Origin: an uncultured delta proteobacterium
Lineage (GTDB): Bacteria > Myxococcota_A > Polyangia > Polyangiales > Polyangiaceae
DNA: 64,000 nt
NCBI GenBank assembly: GCA_963716725.1
Contig: CAVQUB010000009.1
Location: 224,001 to 288,000, forward strand
Reading direction: 5' to 3'
Position 1 is the first letter of the stretch; the number at the start of each line of letters is the position of its first letter. The notes below the pieces were generated by a model. It was not told the origin of the DNA. It worked only from the letters and a program-made list of their open reading frames with translations, and did no database searches. Positions 38,807-48,031 of the stretch are shown piece after piece. The translations under genes and the position numbers were made by a program.

Positions 38807-40855
38807 TCAGTCCGCCTTCTTCTTCTTGCGCTTCTTCTTGGTGGTCGCCTTGCCGCCCTTGGTCTGTTTCGTGGCGGATTGCTTCTTGGCGATGGCGCCC
38901 TTCTTCTTGGTCTTCTTCGCGCCGCCGCCGCTCGACACGCCGCTCTCGCCGGTCTTGCTCGGTGAGCTGAGCAAGAACTCGACGGTGTCCTTCTTCAGTC
39001 GAACCTTGTACCCGGGGATCCCGTCCTTGAACTGGAAGCTGATCTCTGCGCCGCTGCTGCCGTTCTTGGTCCGGACCCGGGCGATGCGGGAGTCGCGCTT
39101 CATGATCCCATCCGGTGACTCCATGACCTTGGCTCCCGGAATCACCACCGTGAACCCCGTGGCGTTGACCGCTCCCTGAAGCGCCGAGCCCGCCTTGTCG
39201 AGGCGCAGCCGGTGCACGACCGGATCGCTGAGCTTGCCGCGACCCCAAGGCGCCGTGCTGCCCGCCGGTGTCTGCTTCTCGTCGGCGTCGCCGAAGACTT
39301 CGTCTTCGACCGCAGCGCTGGCCGCAGCCTTCTCCTTGGCCTCGGCGTTCTTCGGATCGTCGGCGTCTTCTCCGTCTTCGTCTCCGCCCGGCGCGGCTCC
39401 GAGCGGTGCCGGCTCCATCGTGGCCATCGGGGTGGGGCCAAACAGCGGGACGTCCGCGGTGGTGCCGCTCTCGCCGGGCGCTGCCATCTTGTCGGCGCCC
39501 TTCGGATCCGCGGCCTTGGGATCGGCAACCGGGTTGCCTTGCTCATCGACCACGGTGACGTCGCCCGGCTTCGCAGCAACCGCGATCGACGCTGCCGGGT
39601 CCTTGTCGGCTCCGGGCGGCGCTGCCGGTTTTTTCATCGCGATCACGCCGACGGTGAGCAAGAGCACACCGAGGGCGCTCGCGGCCGCGATCTTCTTGAC
39701 TCGACGCTTCTTCGCCGCGGGATCCATGGGCGCCTCGGTCGGCTCTGGGTCAGGGGCCGCCCCGGACTGTGGGCGCAGCTTGCGCCCCATCTGCGACATC
39801 GGACCGGGTGGCGGCGCAGCGGTGGTCCGGCGAGGGGCGCCTCCCTGTTGTTTCTGCTTGAGCTCCATCACCTTTGCGCCGGCACCCTTGAAGAATTTGC
39901 CCACGCCAACTGCTGCCGCACCGCTCAGCTTGGCGAACATCACTCCGCCCTTCTTCGCCGCGTGGCCGGCTTCGACCGCCATGTTGGCGACCTTGCCGCG
40001 CATCGCAGCGGCCTCTTCGTTCATCTCGGCAGCATCCACGAAATCGTCGTCGGCGATTCGGCCATCGCCGCCGTCGTTCTGCGAGTCCCAACGCTCGTCG
40101 TCATCGGTGTGCGCTGCAGCGGCGGTGAAGCCACCGAGCTCGCCGACGCTACCCCTGACCGCGGGCTCATCTTCCGAGTCGATCACACTCGGCTCGGGAG
40201 TGTCGTCGGCGCCTCCGTCGTAGCGCAGCGCCACGACCAACTGCGGCACCTTGGTCTGCGGGTCGATCAGCACGTCGACGCCGTCGATCTGCGCGCCTCG
40301 TCGCTGTCCCGCACCGACGTCTTCGATCTCCAGGTGGCGGCCGACCTTGAGGAACTCGAGGTTCGACGCCACCTGCACCTGCCGCTGACTCCCGCCGCGC
40401 ACGCAGGCCTTCATCGGTGAGCCGAGCCCGTCGATGTGCAATCGGACCCGCATGCCGGTTCCGGCCGGAGGCGGGGTGCCGCCCTCGGCGGCGGCTGCCG
40501 GGCCGTCGGGGGCCGCCTGCTCGGTCATGCCGCAGAGCTGCTTCAGCACCTCGACGCTGCCACTGTCGAGGGCAGTGAACTTGATGCCGAACTCGCCTCC
40601 ACGATCTTGCTCTCGCCGCCAAGCCACCACGCCCTCGACGACGATCTCCTGTCCGCCGTTGTCGAACCGGCAGACCAGCGGCGAGCCGATCTCCGGCAGG
40701 TAGGCCGTGCGGAGGTGCATGCCACGACCGCTGACGTCGACGCTCTCGGCCTCGAAGGCGGGGGCTCCGCCCACGTCGCGACCGCAAATCTCCACCAGTG
40801 CCTGTACCGACACTCGCTCCATCCCACCGACGCGCCGTTCCTGTTCGTAGCTCAT
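38807..40855 (-). CDS. PilZ-domain membrane protein with C-terminal extracytoplasmic (AMIN-like) domain
   Basis: ERR....ER, DVSGRGM, GVVAW, FGIKF; single TM helix; Lys-rich tail. Confidence 0.8.
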   Translation of the reverse strand: MSYEQERRVGGMERVSVQALVEICGRDVGGAPAFEAESVDVSGRGMHLRTAYLPEIGSPLVCRFDNGGQEIVVEGVVAWRREQDRGGEFGIKFTALDSGSVEVLKQLCGMTEQAAPDGPAAAAEGGTPPPAGTGMRVRLHIDGLGSPMKACVRGGSQRQVQVASNLEFLKVGRHLEIEDVGAGQRRGAQIDGVDVLIDPQTKVPQLVVALRYDGGADDTPEPSVIDSEDEPAVRGSVGELGGFTAAAAHTDDDERWDSQNDGGDGRIADDDFVDAAEMNEEAAAMRGKVANMAVEAGHAAKKGGVMFAKLSGAAAVGVGKFFKGAGAKVMELKQKQQGGAPRRTTAAPPPGPMSQMGRKLRPQSGAAPDPEPTEAPMDPAAKKRRVKKIAAASALGVLLLTVGVIAMKKPAAPPGADKDPAASIAVAAKPGDVTVVDEQGNPVADPKAADPKGADKMAAPGESGTTADVPLFGPTPMATMEPAPLGAAPGGDEDGEDADDPKNAEAKEKAAASAAVEDEVFGDADEKQTPAGSTAPWGRGKLSDPVVHRLRLDKAGSALQGAVNATGFTVVIPGAKVMESPDGIMKRDSRIARVRTKNGSSGAEISFQFKDGIPGYKVRLKKDTVEFLLSSPSKTGESGVSSGGGAKKTKKKGAIAKKQSATKQTKGGKATTKKKRKKKKAD

Positions 40856-41102
40856 GTGCGCCTCCCGTGAGCCCGCGTCCTGAGATGGAACGGGGGCCAC
40901 GCTCGGGAGGTAGGGCGCCGGGGCGATCTTGGCCAAGTTTCGGGGAGCGCTCCCGGCACCAAGTGCGGCGTGTCGGGCGGCGCCAAGCTGCCCGCCGAGA
41001 ACGTCCACGAAGCCCGCGCTCAGCGCGACGCGGCCCTCGGCCTGGGAATTCCGCTGCCGATCACTTGGACATTGCTCCGACCAGTGGTCAGTATCCGCCA
41101 AA

Positions 41103-42113
41103 ATGGCGCTGACGGTCCTCGTGCGCTCGGGCGACGTGAAGTCTGCGCCCCAAGTGACGTTTGACGCTCCGCGCATCGTCGTGGGACGCGGCGAAGGCTG
41201 CGACGTGCGCCTGCCCGACCCCAGCGTCAGTCATCGGCACGCATCCATCCGTCAGCGCGGCACGGAGTACATCGTCGTCGACGAAGGCAGCACCAACGGA
41301 ACCTTCGTCGGTCCCGTCCGACTCTCGCCGCACTCGCCGCGCGTCGTCCGCTCGGGCGACATGCTTCGAATCGGGCGGATCTGGCTGGAGCTCCGCGTCG
41401 AACACGTCGTGCCGACCGCAGCGGCCAATGTCGCGACCAAGGAGATCGCGCTGGGCCTGGTCGCAGAGGCGCTGGCAGCCCAAGGGGATCCCGCGGCCGT
41501 GCGTGTCTTCGTCAGCCAGGGACCCGACGCCGGACGCGAGCTGGCGCTGACCGAGGGCGGGCGCACCTACGTGCTCGGGCGAGGACAGGGAGCCGATCTG
41601 GTGCTCGACGACGCCGATGCCTCGCGCAAGCACGTGGAGCTGATGCGGAAGGGCTCCCAGGTGTTGGTGCGAGATCTGGGCAGCAAGAACGGCGCGACGC
41701 TCGCTGACCAGAGGCTCGAGGCCGGCAAGGACGTGCCCTGGCCTCGCTCCATTCTGCTGCGCGTCGGCGCCAACTTCTTGTCCTACGAAGACCCGGTGAG
41801 CGAGGCCCTGGCCGAGCTCGAACGCTCGGCCGACGAGCGCATGCGCGACGACGACCTGATCGACGCGCCGAATGCCTCGCCGGATCCGGCGCAGGTGGAG
41901 ACCGACGCCGAATCGGACGAGGCCAGTGCCCTCGCTACCGAGCTGGGTCCGCGCGCCGCCTCTCCCATCGCCAAGTTCCCCGAGCGGACGACCTCGAGGC
42001 GCGCGCCCGACCGACGCGGTTGGAACCTGACCGACGTGGTGGTGGCGTTGATCGCCATCAGTGTGTTGGCCCTGAGCATCTTGGGATTGCTCTGGCTGTT
42101 CAAGGCGCAGTAG
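41103..42113 (+). CDS. tandem FHA-domain protein with C-terminal TM anchor
   Basis: VGRG...SVSHRHA...STNGT and LGRG...ASRKH...SKNGA. Confidence 0.9.
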   Translation: MALTVLVRSGDVKSAPQVTFDAPRIVVGRGEGCDVRLPDPSVSHRHASIRQRGTEYIVVDEGSTNGTFVGPVRLSPHSPRVVRSGDMLRIGRIWLELRVEHVVPTAAANVATKEIALGLVAEALAAQGDPAAVRVFVSQGPDAGRELALTEGGRTYVLGRGQGADLVLDDADASRKHVELMRKGSQVLVRDLGSKNGATLADQRLEAGKDVPWPRSILLRVGANFLSYEDPVSEALAELERSADERMRDDDLIDAPNASPDPAQVETDAESDEASALATELGPRAASPIAKFPERTTSRRAPDRRGWNLTDVVVALIAISVLALSILGLLWLFKAQ

Positions 42114-42115
42114 GG

Positions 42116-42133
42116 CGGAGCCCCAGGGCTCCG
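42116..42133 (+). terminator. GC-rich stem-loop after the FHA gene (possible terminator)
   Basis: CGGAGCCC-CA-GGGCTCCG immediately after the TAG; only a weak T-tract. Confidence 0.4.
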
Positions 42134-42181
42134 AAGCGTTTTCGCCTCGGCGCATCGCTGCTACTATTCGATCACGAGCCT

Positions 42182-43015
42182 ATGACGACCCGCTCATTCG
42201 CCGTCGATCCGCGAGATCTCCGCGCACCCTCCGCCGAAGAGTGGGCGCGCATGTCGGATGCCGACCGCGCGCGCGCGGTCGATCAGCTCCCCTCGGAGTT
42301 GCCGCGCGAGGATCTACCCGAGGGGGATCCACACCGCGATCCGAAGGACAAAGCCCTCGAGGCGCTTCGCGAGTACTTCAGGCGTCAGGGGCGGCGCGTC
42401 TATCTGTCGGGCGAGCTGCCGATCTACTATCCGGGCGAAGGCGTGTTCGCGCCGGACCTGATCGCCGTGCTCGATGTCGAGCCGCATCCACGTCAGCGCT
42501 GGGTGGTGTCGGCTGAAGGCAAGGGTCTCGACTTTGCCCTCGAGATCACGCTCAGCGGCCATCGCAGGAAGGACCTCGAGACGAACGTCGACCGCTACGC
42601 GCGCCTGGGCATCCCCGAGTACTTCATCCTCGACTTGAAGCTGCGCCGCATCCTCGGCTATCGGCTCGACAAGCCGGGCCCGTACGAGTCCATTTTGCCT
42701 CAGCGCGGGCGCTGGTCCTCCCGCGTGCTGGGACTCGACCTCGCGCTCGAGTTGGGGCGTGTTCGTTTCTTCGCGGGGTCGGCGCCCTTGCCCCACTCCG
42801 AGGAGCTGATCGTCCGACTCGAGAGCATGCTCGGAGAGCTCGTTTCCAAGGAGCGTGCCCTGGCCGACGAGCTCGAGGTGGCGCTCGACCGCGCGGAAGC
42901 GGAGAAGGCCCGCGCGGAAGCGGAGAAAGCCCGCGCGGAGGAGGAGAGAGCCCGCGCGGATCGGCTGGCGGCACGCCTTCGAGACCTGGGCCTCGACGAC
43001 GAGTCGAAGAGCTAA
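42182..43015 (+). CDS. Uma2-family PD-(D/E)xK endonuclease with C-terminal coiled coil
   Basis: PEGDPH, FAPDLIAV, LEI, YARLGIPEYF; RAEAEKA heptads. Confidence 0.88.
   Translation: MTTRSFAVDPRDLRAPSAEEWARMSDADRARAVDQLPSELPREDLPEGDPHRDPKDKALEALREYFRRQGRRVYLSGELPIYYPGEGVFAPDLIAVLDVEPHPRQRWVVSAEGKGLDFALEITLSGHRRKDLETNVDRYARLGIPEYFILDLKLRRILGYRLDKPGPYESILPQRGRWSSRVLGLDLALELGRVRFFAGSAPLPHSEELIVRLESMLGELVSKERALADELEVALDRAEAEKARAEAEKARAEEERARADRLAARLRDLGLDDESKS
42890..42960 (+). repeat. 21-bp coding heptad repeat, about 3.4 copies
   Basis: CGCGCGGAAGCGGAGAAGGCC-like units. Confidence 0.85.
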
Positions 43016-43107
43016 TCAGGCGGGGCAATGCGCGATGAACGAGGCCCGCTGGCGTGGACTGGTGACGAGCTTCGATTGGCGCTGAGGGGAGGCGGCGCGC
43101 TCTCGCT

Positions 43108-45099
43108 TCAGTCCTTCTTCGGCCCTTCGTCGTAGCCTCGAGGCCGATATTTCTTCTCGACGCCACCGTGCTCTTCGCCGCGCTGCACGATCTCGGTGGC
43201 AAAGTAGGCGAGCCAGGTCCCGGGGTGACGCTCGGCCATCTCCGTCAGCTGATCGTGACGAGCAGTGATGGCCTTCTTGTCCCACAAACACTGGAGGCCC
43301 AGGGCCAAGAGATTCGGATCGTTCGGGCCGAGCTCGAAGCCGGTTTGGTAGTGCGGCCAGGCTTCGTCGGGCTGGTTCATCCGGCACAATGTGTCGCCGT
43401 AGTACACATGAGCCATGGGCCACTGGGGAGCCAGGCGTTTGGCCTCGGCGTTGACCTCGAGCCGCTTGGGCAGGTTGCCCTCGTGGGCGCCGATCATCAC
43501 CGAGTAGTTCAGGTGGGCCTTGGCGCTGTTGGGCGACGCGCGCTGCGTGGCGCGCCAAAAGGTGAGGTCGCTGGTGTAGTCGAGGGCGTGCCAGCGCGCC
43601 TTCAGCCCCTGAAAGCCAAAGAAGCAAGCGATCATCACCACGGCAACTCGACGGAATCGCGTGCGCGTGCGCGCGATCGCGAAGGCGAACGCCGCGCCGA
43701 TCACCAGCGAGGTGCCCACCACGGGCAGGTACCAGAACCGCTCCGCCCGCACGGTGGGCAACAGCACGGGGATGTTCGAATGCGGGAAGTAGGCGATGGG
43801 GATCCACATCAACCCCACCGCCACGAGCAGGCTCGGCCAGAGTGTCGAGGCCGGATCCACCTCGCCCTGGCGTCGCGAACGTCGCTCCGCGCGCCAGGCT
43901 CGGAGCCAGATGATCAGCGAAGCCAAGGGCGGCGCGGCCATGGCGAGCCCCCCGAGCACGCTCTCGGGGAACAGCACCCTCGGCGGCGCGGGCTCTTGAG
44001 GGAAGGAGTAGTCGCCGGACAGCGACCAAGGGAAGACGACCTGGCCCAGCCCGCGGAAGTACACGCGCAGAGCGCCGGCAACGCGGTGGGGGAAGTCGGC
44101 GGTCACCAGCGGGTTGTTGATGGGGTCTTTGGGCAGCCGCGGCTGCTGGAACCAACGCATGAAGGAGTGCAGCGCGCGCTTGCCCATTGGCTCCGTCGCC
44201 GCGAGCGGCTGAGCAAGATCCGCGGGCAGCGCCACCGGGAAGAACTTCCGCCGGAAATAAGTGTAGGCCACCAGGGCGGCCACCGCCGCGCCCAGGGCCA
44301 GGGCCGCGCGCACGAATCGCAGGGGGCGTCCCGGGTGAAACGCCGGTGCCCAGATCAGCGCCGCGAATCCGACCAGGGGCACAGCGACGATCACGCTCTC
44401 CTTGCTGAAGAGCCCGAAGCTCAAGGCGACGAAGACCCCGAGCGGCATGCCCCAGAGTGGAAGCCTGAGGGCCGCGAGCGCGAGCAGTACACCTAGGCCT
44501 CCGAGCACATCGGCGATACCCACGACGCCCGTCACCGCCTCGGTGGTCACCGCGCTGATCACGAATGCGCCGCCCACCAGCCACGAGACGTCGCGGCGGC
44601 GCGTGAGCGAAAGCGCCAGGCTCGCGATCAGCGCGCCGTTCACCGCGTGCAGCACCACGTTCACCCAGTGGTGGAGCCAGGGCAGTTTGCTCAGATTCCA
44701 CAAGAGCCGCCAGATGATGTTCGGGATCGGGCGATAGGAGCCGATGGTGCGCTCGGGCAAGAGCCCCCAGAAATCGCGTTTGAACACCTCCCAGAAGGGG
44801 ATGTTCTTGGCGTTGACGTAGGGGTTGGCGAGCAACGCCTCTTGCTCGTCGAAGATGTAGTTCGAGGCCGGGCTTCGCACGAACAAGAGCGCGGCGAGGG
44901 CGAGGGCGGGCGTGAACGCGATCCAGAAGGTCGGATCTTGGTCGCGGAAGTAGCGAGCGATCCACTGGCCTGTGCGCCGCCACCACGCGAGGCGTGGCTC
45001 CATCGCCGGCGCCGGCATCGTGGCCGGTGCTCCGGGGTCGGGCGGCGCCGCGGGCGGCACCACCTCGATCAGGCTTTGTTCGGGTCCTCGATCGGCCAC
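43108..45099 (-). CDS. TMTC-like GT-C membrane protein with C-terminal TPRs
   Basis: YIFDEQEALLANP, DFWG...SYRP, SKES, SLSGDYS, AERFWYLP, PNSAKAHLNY. Start uncertain. Confidence 0.8.
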   Translation of the reverse strand: MADRGPEQSLIEVVPPAAPPDPGAPATMPAPAMEPRLAWWRRTGQWIARYFRDQDPTFWIAFTPALALAALLFVRSPASNYIFDEQEALLANPYVNAKNIPFWEVFKRDFWGLLPERTIGSYRPIPNIIWRLLWNLSKLPWLHHWVNVVLHAVNGALIASLALSLTRRRDVSWLVGGAFVISAVTTEAVTGVVGIADVLGGLGVLLALAALRLPLWGMPLGVFVALSFGLFSKESVIVAVPLVGFAALIWAPAFHPGRPLRFVRAALALGAAVAALVAYTYFRRKFFPVALPADLAQPLAATEPMGKRALHSFMRWFQQPRLPKDPINNPLVTADFPHRVAGALRVYFRGLGQVVFPWSLSGDYSFPQEPAPPRVLFPESVLGGLAMAAPPLASLIIWLRAWRAERRSRRQGEVDPASTLWPSLLVAVGLMWIPIAYFPHSNIPVLLPTVRAERFWYLPVVGTSLVIGAAFAFAIARTRTRFRRVAVVMIACFFGFQGLKARWHALDYTSDLTFWRATQRASPNSAKAHLNYSVMIGAHEGNLPKRLEVNAEAKRLAPQWPMAHVYYGDTLCRMNQPDEAWPHYQTGFELGPNDPNLLALGLQCLWDKKAITARHDQLTEMAERHPGTWLAYFATEIVQRGEEHGGVEKKYRPRGYDEGPKKD

Positions 45100-45878
45100 A
45101 CGTCGCCCCAGAGCGAGCTCCCGCCGTCGATGTAGTACGTGGAGCCGGTCACGAAGTCATTCTGATCGCTGGCGAGGAACACCACGACGCGGCTGACCTC
45201 CTCGACGGTGCCCAGTCGCATCAGCGGCGTCGCGCGGCGCGCGAGCTCGAGCGTCGCCTCGCCGTATTGCAGCGTCCCGCTCGAGCGGATGGTGCCCGGA
45301 GCGCAGGCGTTCACGCGGATGCCGAACTGCGCCCACTCGACAGCCAGAGTCTTGGTCATGTTCTCGACGCCGGCGCGCGCCGCGCCAGTGTGCACCATGC
45401 CCGGAAATCCCCGGGCAATGTCCGCGATCACGTTCACGATGCGCCCGCGTTTCTGGGGGATCATCGCCAGGTTCGCGGTGGCCAAGGTCATGAAGAAGAG
45501 GCCATTCAGGTTGTTGCGGATCACTGCCTCGAAGCCCCGGGGGCTGAGGTTCTGCGCGGGGCTCGGGAACTGGCCTCCGGCGTTGTTGACCAGAATGTCG
45601 ACCTTTCCAAGGGATTCGAGCACCTGCCGCACGAACGCTTCGCAGCTCTCGGCCTCCCGCACGTCGAGGGCAAAGCCGACGGCCTCGACCCCTTCGGAGC
45701 GGAGCGCCGCGAGACCCGCGTCGAGGTTCTCTTGCTTGCGACTGCCGATGGCGATCTTCGCCCCGAGAGAGCCAAGCTCACGGGCCACCTCCAGGCCGAT
45801 CCCGGTGCCACCACCGGTGACGATGGCCACCTGGTCAGCGAACAGGCCGGGCGCAAAGATGCTGCGGCTCGCAGACAC
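45069..45878 (-). CDS. SDR oxidoreductase (trans-2-enoyl/2,4-dienoyl-CoA reductase-like)
   Basis: TGGGTGIG, NNAGGQF, GMVHTGAARAG, LAVEWA, DGG. Confidence 0.88.
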   Translation of the reverse strand: MSASRSIFAPGLFADQVAIVTGGGTGIGLEVARELGSLGAKIAIGSRKQENLDAGLAALRSEGVEAVGFALDVREAESCEAFVRQVLESLGKVDILVNNAGGQFPSPAQNLSPRGFEAVIRNNLNGLFFMTLATANLAMIPQKRGRIVNVIADIARGFPGMVHTGAARAGVENMTKTLAVEWAQFGIRVNACAPGTIRSSGTLQYGEATLELARRATPLMRLGTVEEVSRVVVFLASDQNDFVTGSTYYIDGGSSLWGDVWPIEDPNKA

Positions 45879-45991
45879 GGGCGCATCGACTACACCGATC
45901 TGCCGGCGGACGCCACCGCGGGACCGGAAAACCTGCACGAGCAGCCGAGCCGTGCGATGGTGAATGGCTGCCCCTCGGGGAGGGGGGGGCC

Positions 45992-48007
45992 ATGATCGAA
46001 CCGCCATCAACCGAACAGCGTGACTCGGACGCGGCGCGGAAGGCCGCGTTTGCAGCCCTGCTCCATGCGCTGCCCTTCGAGGCGTCGCTCGTCAACGACC
46101 GTCACGAGGTGGTCGCGGGCGCGCCAATCGCCAATCAGGCCGGAACGGTCTGCGGATGCCCGCTGGCCGCTGTGGCGGCCAGCGGAAAGCCTGCGACGCG
46201 GGTGGTCCACGCAGAAAGCTCCGGCCGCTGGCTCGAGTGCTCGGTGTACCCGACCGACCTCGCACACGGGGGTCAGACTCGCCTCTATCTGCACGTCGTG
46301 TCCGACGTGACGGAAAGCCGTGCCACCCATCGCCTGCTCGAACGCAGTCGAGAGCATCAGGGAGCCTTGCTCGGGCTGCTGGAGCGCACGCACTCCTGTG
46401 AGAGCGCCGAGCAAGTGGTGCGCGAAATCGTCGATCAGATGTCGGGGATCTCGTGGATGGGCCTCTCTTCGGGAGCCGCCGCCTTCTTGGCGCATGGCGA
46501 TGTGCTGCGCCTGGTCTACCACCGACGACTCGACCCTGCGGTGGTCGAGCGCTGCGCGCGAGTGCCCTTCGGCGAGTGCTTCTGCGGTCGAGCCGCCAAT
46601 CCCCGAACGGCCACCCTTCACGGAAAGCTGAGGGACGAACACAGCGCTCGCTTCGACCACGTGGATGACCGCGGGCACGTCCTCTTGCCCTTGACCGAAC
46701 AGGGAGAAACCCTCGGAGTCCTCGCCTTCTTCTTTCCTTCTGGCCAGGCCCTCGACCCGGAGCGCTCTCAGTTCCTCGACGCGGTCGCGCGGCTCGGCAG
46801 CGAGGCGCTCAATCGAATCCAGCTGCGCTCCAAGCTACTACAGGCCGATCGCATGGCGACGGCCGGCATCCTCGCCGCCAGCGTCGCTCACGAGGTCAGA
46901 AACCCGCTCACCTACGTCCTGTTCAACGTCGAGACCCTCGAAGCCGAGCTCGCCAAGCTCGCTGGCGCCGGGGCGGCGTCGCACCCGGAGCTGATCACCG
47001 CCGATTTTCTGGCCCAGGCGCACGACCTGCGGGAGATGGCGCGAGACGCCCTCGAGGGCGCGAGACGCATCCGGGCGATCGTCGATGACCTGAAGATCTT
47101 CGCGCGCCAAGACGAGAGCGAGCGGGTAGCGGTGGACGTGAACGAGGCAGCGGCCAGCGCGCTCCGCTTGACCGCGAACGAGGCCAGGTTCCGGGCTCGA
47201 ATCGAGCAAGACTTCCAGGAACTGGCGCCGGTCCTCGGCAGCGCCGGTCGCGTGGGCCAGGTCCTGCTAAACTTGGTGATCAATGCGGCTCAGGCCATCG
47301 CGCCCGGGTCACCGAGCGAAAACCTCGTGCGGGTGAGGACCCGCCAGGACGGCGACTGGGTGAACATCGAGGTCACCGACAGCGGGTCGGGCATTGCACC
47401 GGAGAATCTGCCGCGGATCTTCGCGCCCTTCTTCACTACCAAGCAGGCTGGCGTCGGGACGGGACTGGGTCTGGCGATCTGTAGAGACCTCGTGGTGGAG
47501 ATGGGCGGGACGATCGACGTCGAGAGCACCGTCGGGGCGGGAACCACCTTCCGTGTGCGGCTGCCGAGCATGGCGCAAACACCGACGACGCGCCCTCCAG
47601 CCGCCAACGTCGTTTCGGAGCCCACCACCGGGCCCCGGCCTCGGGTGCTGCTGGTCGATGACGACACCCACGTGTCCGCGTCCATCGCGCGCATGTTGCG
47701 GGGCCGCTTCGACGTCGTCCTGGCGGAATCGGCGCGCGCCGCCCTGGACCTGCTCGACGGCGGCCAAGGCTTCGACGCCGTGGTCTCCGATCTGATGATG
47801 CCGAACATGAGCGGCATGGAGTTCTTCGCCGAACTCCGGCGAACTCGGCCCGAGCTCGCGGCACAAACGCTGTTCGTCACGGGCGGCTCGAGATCAGCGG
47901 AGGTCCGCGACTTTCTGGAGCGTTGCGGCCGTCCTTGGCTCGATAAGCCCCTGGACTCCAAGGCGTTGCTCAGCGCGCTAGCGCAACTGACGGCGAACGC
48001 GGGCTGA
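45992..48007 (+). CDS. hybrid sensor histidine kinase (PAS-like, GAF, HisKA, HATPase, REC)
   Basis: AHEVRNPL, NLVINA, DSGSG, FFTTK..GTGLGL, LVDDD...SDLMMP. Confidence 0.92.
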   Translation: MIEPPSTEQRDSDAARKAAFAALLHALPFEASLVNDRHEVVAGAPIANQAGTVCGCPLAAVAASGKPATRVVHAESSGRWLECSVYPTDLAHGGQTRLYLHVVSDVTESRATHRLLERSREHQGALLGLLERTHSCESAEQVVREIVDQMSGISWMGLSSGAAAFLAHGDVLRLVYHRRLDPAVVERCARVPFGECFCGRAANPRTATLHGKLRDEHSARFDHVDDRGHVLLPLTEQGETLGVLAFFFPSGQALDPERSQFLDAVARLGSEALNRIQLRSKLLQADRMATAGILAASVAHEVRNPLTYVLFNVETLEAELAKLAGAGAASHPELITADFLAQAHDLREMARDALEGARRIRAIVDDLKIFARQDESERVAVDVNEAAASALRLTANEARFRARIEQDFQELAPVLGSAGRVGQVLLNLVINAAQAIAPGSPSENLVRVRTRQDGDWVNIEVTDSGSGIAPENLPRIFAPFFTTKQAGVGTGLGLAICRDLVVEMGGTIDVESTVGAGTTFRVRLPSMAQTPTTRPPAANVVSEPTTGPRPRVLLVDDDTHVSASIARMLRGRFDVVLAESARAALDLLDGGQGFDAVVSDLMMPNMSGMEFFAELRRTRPELAAQTLFVTGGSRSAEVRDFLERCGRPWLDKPLDSKALLSALAQLTANAG

Positions 48008-48031
48008 GCACGCCAAGCTCGCGCCGACCGC

